Positions 24,551 to 34,839 of a stretch of 64,000 nucleotides of DNA are shown piece by piece. The notes below the pieces were generated by a model. It was not told where the DNA came from. It was given only the letters and a program-made list of their open reading frames with translations, and did no database searches. The stretch lies in NCBI RefSeq assembly GCF_001194135.2, contig NC_068984.1, positions 40,190,202 to 40,254,201 on the forward strand, written 5' to 3'. Each line of letters begins with the position of its first letter. Position 1 is the stretch's first letter. Made by a program: the position numbers and the translations under genes. Source of the stretch: Octopus bimaculoides (taxonomy: Eukaryota).

Positions 24551-27522
24551 ACATTCATTCAATTTACATTCTATTCAATTTGCTTTGGACACTAATATTA
24601 GTTGATTTATAAGCAGAGTGTGTTCATGGATAACCTTTCACCTGTCTAGTGTATTGCATATGATACACAGGACATATTTTCTCTGATGTCCATGTATCAT
24701 ATATGATACACATCCTTAATTCTTTTTCAGTTATCAGTGTAACTTTGGACTTATGAAGGGAAAGCATTTTATCACTCAGAATATATGAAACAAAGGCTGA
24801 ATAAAAGTTTTGAAACAAGCATGGATTTTCAGGACAAAAGTAGACAAATGCTTTGGACAGGCAAAAGATTTAAGGAAAGTGCACAGCTGCTGAGGAAATT
24901 CCAAGCAGAAGAAATGTGATATATACAGCTGTTCCTTTTTTTTGTCTGCAACCATGATGTGCACATAGACATAATACTTAAATTTGTCATAACATTCAGT
25001 GTTGGTTGAAAATTTTCAGAAGTGACATCACCAGTCTTAGTCGTTCCTATCGTTATTGTCACAGAAAGTGCCCTGACAAACATTCTCTTAGTGCCAGATC
25101 ACTTTGTGCTATCTTACCTGACCTAAAATGCACAGTGTCTTCATTCAGATGCTGTTGTGTTTCCACAAATAAGGAAGTCTTACTATGGTTGTAGCTTTTT
25201 CCTTGAACTGCCAGACTTTGGAACTCTTTTTCATCTTATTCTTTTCTTCCTCCTCCTTATGACCTGAATTCTTTCAAGTCTAGAGTAAATTTATTCCTTT
25301 CATCTTAATTTCTCCTTCTTCATTGTCCCTTACATTAAATGGCTTCTTACTTTGTTTGGGACTTTCTTATAAAATAAAGAACAAAAAAACATTTATGTGA
25401 TATATGCATCCCACATACAGTTTGCTGATACGTGATCAAATACTTGATTACAAGTGATGACACCTATTACCTTAAGGTAGTATTAGTAGTAGTAGAAAAT
25501 TGGATTTCTGGAATCTATGTCTTTCCTTAATAAGTAATAAAGCTGCAATATGGAATATTGAACTTGCTTGCTACTTATATTTACTGTTGTAACTCATAAA
25601 ACTCATATAGCCACACATATTTATTTCTTAAATAATTTTTGCTTTGCAAATAATGTATTATGTACCATTGATCCTATTAATGATTATGTGTTGATATGAT
25701 GCAATAATAATGTTTCACTATTGCTGGACAGGACTATATTGAACAAGGGCAATGATGGACAGAACTATATTGATAATACAGCCCTTGAAGTTGTCCAAGG
25801 GAAGATGTGATCAAAATAATTGGAAGTGATTTGATTAAAGATAGTATAGAGAATCTATCAACCAGAATAACATTGACATATTAACTTGGGAATTCATATT
25901 AGCCCAGGAAAGTGATATGAAAATAAATAATGCAGTGATGCACACAAAACTACATTTGTGCATGCAGGAGCACTAACACATACACATAGGCTCCTATAAA
26001 AGTTTATGTTTGTGTGCAGGTACATACACACACTCAGATTGGTTACCATTGCAGGCATTAATGTCGTCATCAGAAGATGCAGTCATATATACATAATCAC
26101 TTGCACAGAAACACAAATATATTTGTGCATAGGCACACACAATTGGTCATTACAGCGAGTGTTAATTACCTGCTTATAACCTAATATTAATGAGTATTTG
26201 ATGCAAAGCTTATGCAATTAATCACATCAAATAGAAAATGACATTTTCTATGGGAAATAATAATAATTAACAACAACAATAATAATGATTTCTTTTATTT
26301 GTTACTTAGGTGATGGATGAGTGGTGCATTTACAAAAACAGACATAAAGTGTAGTGCTGAGGTTGGCATAGAGAATTTATTGGGTGGGTAATAACAACAA
26401 TTTTTTTTTGAATAGTTTAATAGTTTATCAGACAGGTTTTCTTGAGAAATTGATCAAATTTTAAAATTGAGGACAACATAAAATTAAGTTAGAAGTAGTG
26501 AATTAGTGTTATAATGAGAACGCTTTTCTTCTGGGGTTTTCTCTTCATCATACTGAATGAGAGAAGAAATTTATAATTTTCAATACTTACTAACATAAAG
26601 AAGAAAAATATGAGATTATTTGCCTGTTACTATTCCTCCATGTCTTGAGAATGAGGAATGGTATTAACAAAAAAGAAAAAAAAAAAGGAGAGAAAAGAAA
26701 AGAAAAAAGCCATTTGTTCTTGAATACTGACTTAAGGGCAATGCTAGCAATGTAAAAGATTATACTTGAACTGAATGATATGATGCTGAGTAACAGATGA
26801 CTAACAATCTAGATAAATAGAAAATAAAATTAATGGCATCAGCTACAGATGCTGGCAATGGCTATTTGATGCGTTTATTTGAGAGAGAGACATCATTCTG
26901 CTTTCTCAGTATCAATGTAGGTGTCTTTGTATAGCAGAATCTCTAGCTGTGTACACTGAAAAGTTTCTACTGCATCATTGAGAAATTGCTAAGAAGATTT
27001 ATGGAAGTTAGAAAAAGTAATATTCCCTCAGGGTTATTTGTATGTGGCTGTTGCTTTATGGGGTTCAGTTTTCTATGAGATGAAGTGAATAATAACTTCG
27101 ATAATTTTTTTGATTTTTTTTTATAGCATTTGCAAGACTCATCACAACCAAAACCTCTATTCCTGAGATGCATTGGTTATCACTGTTTAATAAATGTTAT
27201 GTTGAGAAATTATTAGCAGGAAATAAAGCTTGAAATCCCTCTGCAAATAGTGATGGAACATGATTGCTAACTTGGCTAATATTTACACAGGAATGGTTTA
27301 CAAATTTTTTTTCAAACCACTGTTCCATGCGGGCAGACCTTCTCTCTTTCTCACTTTGACTGTCTCTCTATCTCTCTCTCTCTAGCTATCTCCCACCTTC
27401 CTGTCCTTCCTTGTTCTACTGAGGTTGCCAAGTATCTCTTTTATACACACACGTTATTCTCTAATTCCTTGGTTCCACTCTCTCTCTCAGCCGAGAGAGT
27501 CTTGTCTTGTGAGCTCCCAGTT

Positions 27523-27890
27523 GCTGGTGTCACATAAAAACGTCCATGCTGGTGCTACATAAAAATACATCTGTACTGGTGCTACATAAAAAACACCCAT
27601 ACTGGTGTCACATAAAAAACACTCGTATTGGTACCACATAAAAAACTCCTATACTGGTGTCACATAAAAAAACACCCATAGTGGCACCACATAAAAAACA
27701 CTCATATTGGTGTCATGTAAGAAGCACCCATGCTAGTGCCATGTAAAAAATACCTGTACAGGTGCCACATAAAAGCACCCACACTGGTGCCTCATAAAAC
27801 GTACCCATGCTTGTGCTATTTAAAAAGCACCTGTGCTGGTGCCATGTAAAGGGCACCCATATTGGTTCCATGTAAAAAGCACCCAGTACA
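27523..27890 (+). repeat. Degenerate ~26-bp minisatellite (CTGGTGYCAYRTAAAAARCACCCAT) x14 at the 5' side of an RTE 3'UTR copy
   Basis: 14 diverged units counted. The same motif occurs about 7 times at 53409-53585 and singly in other copies (for example ggtggcacataaaaacaccca near 2180). Confidence 0.8.
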
Positions 27891-28725
27891 CTCTGTAAAA
27901 TGGCCTTAGGAAGGCGTCCAACTAGAAACCAAGCTGATATAGACAACTGGAGCCTGGTGCAGCTCTCTGGATTGCACAGCTTCTATCAGGCTGTCCAACC
28001 CGTGCCAGCATGGAAAACAGGCATTAAATCATGATGATGATGATGATTCTTCAAATCTGTTATGTTTAAAGTTTTATTTAATATAAAAATATTTATTTGA
28101 TAATTGTACTCGTTTCTGTCATGAGATACTTTAGTGCATCTATTTTGAAAACTTCAGGCTGTGAGATATATATATATATATCCTATATACATTTATATGA
28201 TAACATTAGATCTTTTCCCATGGGTGGCTTCTGCATGAAGAACACACAGTTAAGTGTGGGTTAATACTTTATGCAGTGAGCTGAGTCATCATAGCTGTCA
28301 AAGATTCATTTCCCTACAATGTCACCCATTTAAGTTTTGGTCAAATGAAATTCCAGTTCTCTCTTGCTTGTCTACTTTGGGATTAACTGGTAAATGCTAA
28401 TTACTTTACTTATAATTTCAATTGATTAAAAATTATATTTGGCCTACTACATTAAATGGCAGTCTGAATGTAACATGTTATTTATACACAAATTTTTATA
28501 TACTGTGTTGATGCATAAACATCATAAAAATAATTTAAATGTGGTGTATTACTAATCTCGTTAGGAAAGATGTCTCCTGATGAGATATGTAATGTATCGG
28601 AATTAAATTAAATATGTATGTTAATTATATAATTAAATAAATGATTTAAAAATAAATTCCATTGAAACAGCTGTTGAAAACAAATTATGAATCATGTAAA
28701 ATTTATACTTTTCTGCTGTTTACTA

Positions 28726-28810
<85 letters not shown>

Positions 28811-28812
<2 letters not shown>

Positions 28813-29455
28813 ACATACACCTCCTTAGGCCTACTAGCAATAGTACATGGCTGGGAGCTAAAAGTTAGCTTGGAAAAGCAGCTGAAGTTCCCAGACACTG
28901 TTGCCTTAGCATCACTAAGACTAGATATGCTGCTGATCTCAGAAGCATCCAAACAGCTGGTTCTGTTAGAAATCTCCATTGTCTGAGAGGAATGTATTGA
29001 GGAAGCAAACAAGAGGAAGCGAATGAAATATGCTGAGCTGTTGGAGTGGGTGGCAAGCAAGGTGTGATCCTATTGAGGTGTGATCCTATTGAGGTGTGAT
29101 CCTATTGAGGTGTGATCCTATTGAGGTGTGATCCTATTGAGGTGTGATCCTATTGAGGTGTGATCCTATTGAGGTGTGATCCTATTGAGGTGTGATCCTC
29201 TGCAGAACCTAAAACATGTTCGGTATCACCAATAGGTAAAGGCTGTCAAATTGGCTTTGAAATTTGAAGATGTTACCTCAAGGTGTCTGTAAACCAGGAG
29301 GTGCAATCTCTGAAAAGGACAGTGCTACATTGGATAGTGTTAACTAGATATGAGCTTGAGCTTGAATCAACTTTGATTGGGACATGTTGATGAGGGACTC
29401 TGATTGTTGAAACACCTAATGACCCTGTGAAACATCACTATGAGATATGGAACAA
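28811..29455 (+). mobile_element. Second RLE-type (HERO-like) retrotransposon remnant: endonuclease end plus probable 3'UTR
   Basis: Translates to WELKVSLEKQLKFPDTVALASLRLDMLLISEASKQLVLLEISIV*EECIEEANKRKRMKYAELLE, then GWQARCDPIEV in a shifted frame. The downstream 'gaaacacctaatgaccctgtgaaacatcac' resembles my recollection of HERO 3'UTRs (unverified). Confidence 0.75.
29061..29199 (+). repeat. Perfect 16-bp minisatellite (GGTGTGATCCTATTGA) x8 plus 11 bp
   Basis: Eight identical units with no spacers, counted directly. Confidence 0.95.
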
Positions 29456-29544
29456 CTATATGTATGTATATGTACATAAACACATTATATATGTGTATAT
29501 ATGTATGTGTGATCTTTTTTCTATGACATTATCAAGATAACAGT

Positions 29545-29740
29545 GCCAAGCTGGCAGAATCATTGATGCAACAGAAAAGAATGCTTGGTGGCATTTTGTC
29601 TCTTTATGTTCTGAGTTCAAATTCTGCTGAGGTCGACTTTGCCTTTCATCCTTTCAGGATTGATAAAATAAGTACCAGTTAAGTGCTGGGGTCAATGTAA
29701 TCAACTTCTCCACCCCTCAAAATTGTTGGCCTTGTTCCAA
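29545..29740 (+). mobile_element. SINE with a Deu/Nin-like domain (gagttcaaattctgctgaggtcgactttgcctttcatcctttc..gataaaataagtacc)
   Basis: Homologous copies on the minus strand at about 21165-21375, 43300-43390 and 62030-62230. The domain name is from my recollection of the motif. Confidence 0.65.
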
Positions 29741-29908
29741 AATAAGAAAAAAATATCATTATCAAGACAGTAATAGTGGGAGAATTATTAAAAACATTTG
29801 AATAAAATAGAAACTACATCATAGAACATGATTGAAGGCTGTCAGAACGTCTGTGAAGGTTGTCATTATTAATTTCTGTTTGGGCTTTTCATATCTGTAA
29901 ACATATTA

Positions 29909-30050
29909 ATTATTTACATTAGACGGATATTAATTCTCATCTTGTTTGTTGTTAACACAATATGTTGGCTGATATACCCTCCAGCCTTCATCAGGTGTCT
30001 TGGAGAAAATTTCAAACCTGGGTTCTCATTCCTGAGGTATTTTTCCCTCT
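29909..30050 (-). mobile_element. 5'-truncated or variant family B SINE copy
   Basis: The reverse complement matches about 31536-31678 over roughly 135 bp. No tRNA head is visible before the N-gap. Confidence 0.7.
29954..29999 (-). ncRNA. Degenerate hammerhead motif (family B copy 2)
   Basis: The minus strand reads GACAC-CUGAUGA-A-GGCUG-gagggUauau-CAGCC-AACAU-AUU-GUGUU. The GAAAC strand of the core is lost. Confidence 0.5.
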
Positions 30051-30610
30051 GTGGGATGAAGTTAAAATAATAGACAGAGAACACCAGTGGAAAATNNNNN
30101 NNNNNNNNNNNNNNNNNNNNNNNNNNNNNNNNNNNNNNNNNNNNNNNNNNNNNNNNNNNNNNNNNNNNNNNNNNNNNNNNNNNNNNNNNNNNNNNNNNNN
30201 NNNNNNNNNNNNNNNNNNNNNNNNNNNNNNNNNNNNNNNNNNNNNNNNNNNNNNNNNNNNNNNNNNNNNNNNNNNNNNNNNNNNNNNNNNNNNNNNNNNN
30301 NNNNNNNNNNNNNNNNNNNNNNNNNNNNNNNNNNNNNNNNNNNNNNNNNNNNNNNNNNNNNNNNNNNNNNNNNNNNNNNNNNNNNNNNNNNNNNNNNNNN
30401 NNNNNNNNNNNNNNNNNNNNNNNNNNNNNNNNNNNNNNNNNNNNNNNNNNNNNNNNNNNNNNNNNNNNTTTTTCACTTTTTCTGGAATTTTTTTTTGGCA
30501 AAATACGTACAAAAATATGGAGATTATGATTCTGAAAAAAGAATTGTAAAATTTCAATTTCAATTTCAAAAAAAAAAAAAACAAAAAAAAAAACAACCCA
30601 TGCAGGTTAT

Positions 30611-31258
30611 TTACATGCTAAAAATAACAGCCAAATCTCACAAAACTGCGATAACATAATGAAAGAAATATGTAATCAATCTACTAACCTTTCTGCAAAG
30701 GTTTCTTTCAGAGTAATTCCCCGCAGTAATATGAAATTACAGACAAATAGGTCAGCTGTAGGAACTTACAACAGCTGGGTTACATTCACAGAACAGTTAA
30801 CCATTCAAAGAATTTCGTCGGCCTTGAAACTGGCGCTTGCATGAACCACATTGAAGCCTATTGGTCCCGTATCAAAAGACGGCTAAAGTATGTGACTGGA
30901 TCATCAACTGACATGAAATGGTCCTGCATTGATGAATCAATGTATCGAGAAATGTATGGATTTACTGCGATGAAAAACTTCCAGAATTTCTATACATTCT
31001 CGAACAGATTGGGGAAGTTTATGCCCCCTAAACTCCACCAGTGTAGCTTCCCTGAGCACACTTCTCAACAAAACTCATATTTTTTTATAACTTTCAAAAA
31101 AAAAAAAAGAAAAAAACAAAACAAAACACTAATTTCATATTACTGCGGAAAATTACCCTGAAAGAAGTCTTTGCAGAAAGGTGAGTAGATTGATTACACA
31201 TTTCTTTCATTATGTTATCGCAGTTTTGTGAGATTTGGCTGTTATTTCTAGCATGTAA
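30611..31258 (+). mobile_element. Merlin/ISXO2(IS1595)-like DNA transposon relic with long inverted repeats
   Basis: The frame through 30730-30960 reads ITDK*VSCRNLQQLGYIHRTVNHSKNFVGLETGACMNHIEAYWSRIKRRLK..IDESMYRE, i.e. the TD..GY.H.TVNHS..FV..TG..N.IE..W DDE motifs. 30611-30739 and 31130-31258 are 129-bp inverted repeats with 8 mismatches by my count. Confidence 0.8.
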
Positions 31259-31425
31259 NNNNNNNNNNNNNNNNNNNNNNNNNNNNNNNNNNNNNNNNNN
31301 NNNNNNNNNNNNNNNNNNNCTCCTAAGCAGACTGAGATATGAGTAGCATATGGGAACCAGTATTAAGGAAGGATAGGAAAATATTAGATTTATAAGACCT
31401 AAAATTCACTCCATAATTGCCCACA

Positions 31426-31690
31426 GGCATATGGCATAGTGGTTAAGAGCATGGGCTACTAATCCCAAGATTCTGAGTTCGATTCCAGGCAGTGACCTGA
31501 ATAATTATAATAATAAGCAATAATGATAACATTGAAAAATACTTTAGAAATGAGAACCCAGGTTCGAAATTTCTCCAAGACACCTGATGAAGGCTGGAGG
31601 GTACATCAGCCGAAACATTGTGTTAACAACAAACAAGATGAGGACAAATATCCGACAAATGTAAATAATGTAAATAATTCCTCATCTGCC
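31426..31690 (+). mobile_element. tRNA-derived SINE with a hammerhead-containing 3' body (family B)
   Basis: A box TGGCATAGTGG (31432-31442), B box GTTCGATTCC (31477-31486), AAT-rich linker, hammerhead at 31579-31624, and a (GTAAATAAT)2 tail. Confidence 0.75.
31579..31624 (+). ncRNA. Type-I hammerhead ribozyme motif inside a tRNA-derived SINE (family B copy 1)
   Basis: GACAC-CUGAUGA-A-GGCUG-gagggUacau-CAGCC-GAAAC-AUU-GUGUU. Stem I is GACAC/GUGUU, stem II is a perfect 5 bp, and the core is canonical. Stem III has a C-A mismatch (ACAU instead of ACGU, consistent with CpG decay). Confidence 0.7.
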
Positions 31691-32793
31691 TTTTTAAAAG
31701 TGATTTCACAGAAAATGCCTCATGAGTTACCATGAAGACAATTTGAAACATTATGATGTTATAATGCTTAATGTCATTTATATTAAAATCTTAGCAGCTA
31801 ATTTGAATCATAGGGTTATTTCTCATTAGAATAATTGAACTCCTTCACTATGTTGGACATATATTGAATAACCTATCCTGTTACAAATTATATTGTAGAG
31901 GTAAAATAGGTTAGTTTGAATTGTGGAAACAATTATAATATCTAATTTGTGATGAAATGAAGAACACTTTGTCATGTAATCAGCAAGTGTTAGATATGTA
32001 GTTTGAGTCCCATCTATGGGCCTGTTTCTCTTTTCTGTCTTATATTTCTTCTTATGGTTAATATTTATTTTAAAGTATTAGCAGTTATTTCATTATTTAA
32101 AACTTTTAGATTGCAACTCTAATGCTTCTTCAAGTTCTGACACTTTTCAATGATATTTCAAAAAGAATATCTTAACAATATTGAAAATAGTTATTTTTAA
32201 GTCTTTTTGCTGTGTTATCTGATGTTAGTTGTAATATTCTTTTTCTAAGAAAAGCTGTTGGATTTACTGCTGGCTGTAGAACTTGTCACTTTAATATCTG
32301 AATTATCTTTTGAATGTTTTTCTTTTACAGATATTTCATTTTGTTGCACTTTCATTGTCATCTGTTCTTTTCTTCTTTTGTTTTTGTCTTGATACTGATT
32401 GTAGTAAAGTCTCATGACAATTATTCAGATTTCAAGTAGGAAATCTGATCTTAGATATAACAATATTCTTGTTGAATATTGCTAATTGCAAATGATTGAA
32501 TTTCGAAAATGAGCAAAACCTCTTTAAATCATCAATCACATTTCATCTGAAATGATTATGAATCATTTAATTAATATTCAAAATTGATTAGAAGAAAGTA
32601 ATTAAAATTCCTAACATTTTTTAATGGAATCTTTAGTTTCAAGAACAAATATATAGAAAAATGTATGTTTAATATTTTGACAAGGTCATGAAATATTTAA
32701 TTTGCAAGTTTCATTATTTTCTAAATTGTAAGTGCTTAATCATGATAGGCTTAATTAAATACTATTTGTATGTTTCCATTTTTTTTTTTTTAG

Positions 32794-32932
32794 ATGTTGG
32801 ATAGGGTTTACATGCAGCTACAAACATTCTTAGATGACCCTGTATACCGAGATCAACATACTGTACACATGGAAATTATTCGAACTTTTGCTCGTGTAGG
32901 ACCAAATGCAGAGCCTCGTTTCAGAGATGAAT
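32794..32932 (+). CDS. RELCH: Next internal coding exon of RELCH, encoding MLDRVYMQLQTFLDDPVYRDQHTVHMEIIRTFARVGPNAEPRFRDE-(F)
   Basis: T-run plus TAG acceptor at 32793 and canonical GTAAGT donor at 32933. 46 codons plus 1 nt with no stop. The peptide matches recalled human RELCH (LLERVKMQLASFLEDPQYQDQHSLHTEIIKTFGRVGPNAEPRFRDEF) and directly continues the previous exon in frame. Confidence 0.93.
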
Positions 32933-34642
32933 GTAAGTTTACTTCCATTTTTCTACTTTTCTCTTCCAAATGAAAATTCTAAAAATTTCAAAGTGAAAAT
33001 TCTATGAAAATTGTTTATTTGGAAGGTTTTTTGCAAAAAGTTTAACTTGAATTTTTGTGAATTCTTTTATTTATTTCAATTTTACAAAACTAAACATAAT
33101 ATCTAGTTTTACAGCTTTTATGAAATTAGAAAAAAATACACATTTAGAATAATTCATTGAAATATTAAAACTTTATTGCAGTTATTTCGCTTACATCATG
33201 TAAATTGCACGAATCAACAGAAAGACTTCCAATCTTTTATATCTTTATGATAAAAGCTATATTTCTTCTGTTTCCACTGCTAAATATAATAAATTCTCCG
33301 TTAGTTCAAAGTTCTATAATTGAAAATTTGAATATCGACCGATATTCAATATCACTAATGGCGTAAGCTTTGTAAACTCCAAACATTAGAAATATTGAAA
33401 AACTACAAACTCTTTTTTCAATTGCTGTTGCTCTTTCTATAGTTTTCAATGTCAGCATCTTGTGTTTAATAAAATTGCTCCATTTTCCTTAATTTATCAA
33501 AAGCATTGTTAGATTAGAGAGTGCTGATGTTTGGAAGAAACATTTAATCATATTATTATTGTATATTTTTTTAGAAGTAGAAATTTCTTTCAGCTATTAT
33601 TCTGTACATTACTTACTAAATGTATAAAGTGAGAACTTTCCAGTACCTTCATTATAATAGAAAACAAGTGCTAACATACTATCTTGAAGATACTGTTTTG
33701 CCAGTAACAAGGTTTTTGTTGATTTATCTATGTACTGTGCAGTTTAGTGTTCATTGAATTTTTAGTCAATATTTAACTCCATGTCATTCTTAATCAAATG
33801 TACATGTGATTAAAGGTACTCCATAAATGATTATTCCGTCTTTTCCAAGATCCATAGCATATCATTGCACTTGTCTTTTCAAGACATTGGGGTTTAATTT
33901 GAGAAAGATGTTTCTGTTATTTGTTATAGATGTATGTTTGTGTGTGTGTGTATATAAACCACCAACCAACTAAACAATCACCAAACATGAAAGTTCTATC
34001 CCTATATTCTTCATTCTTCATGTTCAGTGGTTGCATGTTGGATGAATTGAAACAACAACCATATCCCAATGAATATTAATTACAATATGGATAATTTAAA
34101 TCTTGATTATGAATTTAGATATCTGTTGTAATTTGTTATCATCATCATCATTGTCATCATGTCTATTTTTCCATTTTTTTTACTAACATGGGTTGGGCAG
34201 AGTAATATCATTAAAAGATTTTTTACCTTTTACTTTAGAAAGCATTATACATTATATAATATGTATAAACAGTCGTTAAGCTATATATTTCTGTATGTAT
34301 TTAATGTCTTCAATTTTTCACTCTTTCCAGGATTTTGTTATTCTATTCTCAAACTTTCATTGACTCATCTTTACTTTGCAACCATGTAGTTACAGGTTCA
34401 ATCCCACTATACAGCACCTCAGACAAGAGGCCTTTAACATAGTCTTTAAGTGGAATTTGATAGACAGGAATTGCATGGAAACCTGTTATGTGTGTGTGTA
34501 TGGTTATATATTTTGCAATTATGCATTGACAAAGGATGTAAACAACAGCAAAATGCTATAGCTGTTTGAATGAGTTACAGAAGTTCTTTTATCACTCATT
34601 GTCAAAAACATAGTTAACCATTGACGGGTCCATTGAAAAATA

Positions 34643-34839
34643 TTAACCCTTTAGCATTTAATCCGGCCATATCTGACCAAATATTCTATCTGTTTTATGT
34701 ACAAACTGACCAGATCAAACCGCTAACATCTACCCTATAATGTCATTCTAGAAATATGCCAATACACAAATTTTGAATCTACAAGATAATGCATAATTAA
34801 CTAAAAACAATGAAAAAAATGTGATTGCTAAAGGGTTAA
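34643..34839. mobile_element. piggyBac-type MITE (TTAA-CCCTTTAGCA...TGCTAAAGGG-TTAA)
   Basis: Perfect 10-bp TIRs starting CCC with TTAA on both sides. 189-bp non-coding interior. Confidence 0.75.

Larger units (their letters stand above)
10131..32793 (+). other. RELCH: 22,663-bp GT-AG intron of RELCH
   Basis: Flanked by the two exons above, whose peptides are contiguous in the recalled human protein. Phase 0. Confidence 0.85.

Noticed and set aside
27523-27890. Repeat-spacer-like array of ~26-bp units
   Set aside because: Whole units are degenerate copies of each other with no unique spacers; it is part of a retroelement 3' region.
29061-29199. CRISPR-like regular repeat
   Set aside because: Units are directly adjacent with no spacers, there are no cas genes, and the context is eukaryotic. 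It is a minisatellite derived from retrotransposon coding sequence.
29205-29235. GAAACAUGUU palindrome on the minus strand resembling a hammerhead stem III
   Set aside because: No CUGANGA or stem II upstream.
31426-31500. tRNA genes suggested by A/B boxes (also 16167, 21620, 24480-24550, 55600)
   Set aside because: No complete cloverleaf or acceptor stem could be drawn, and each continues into SINE body sequence, so these are SINE heads.
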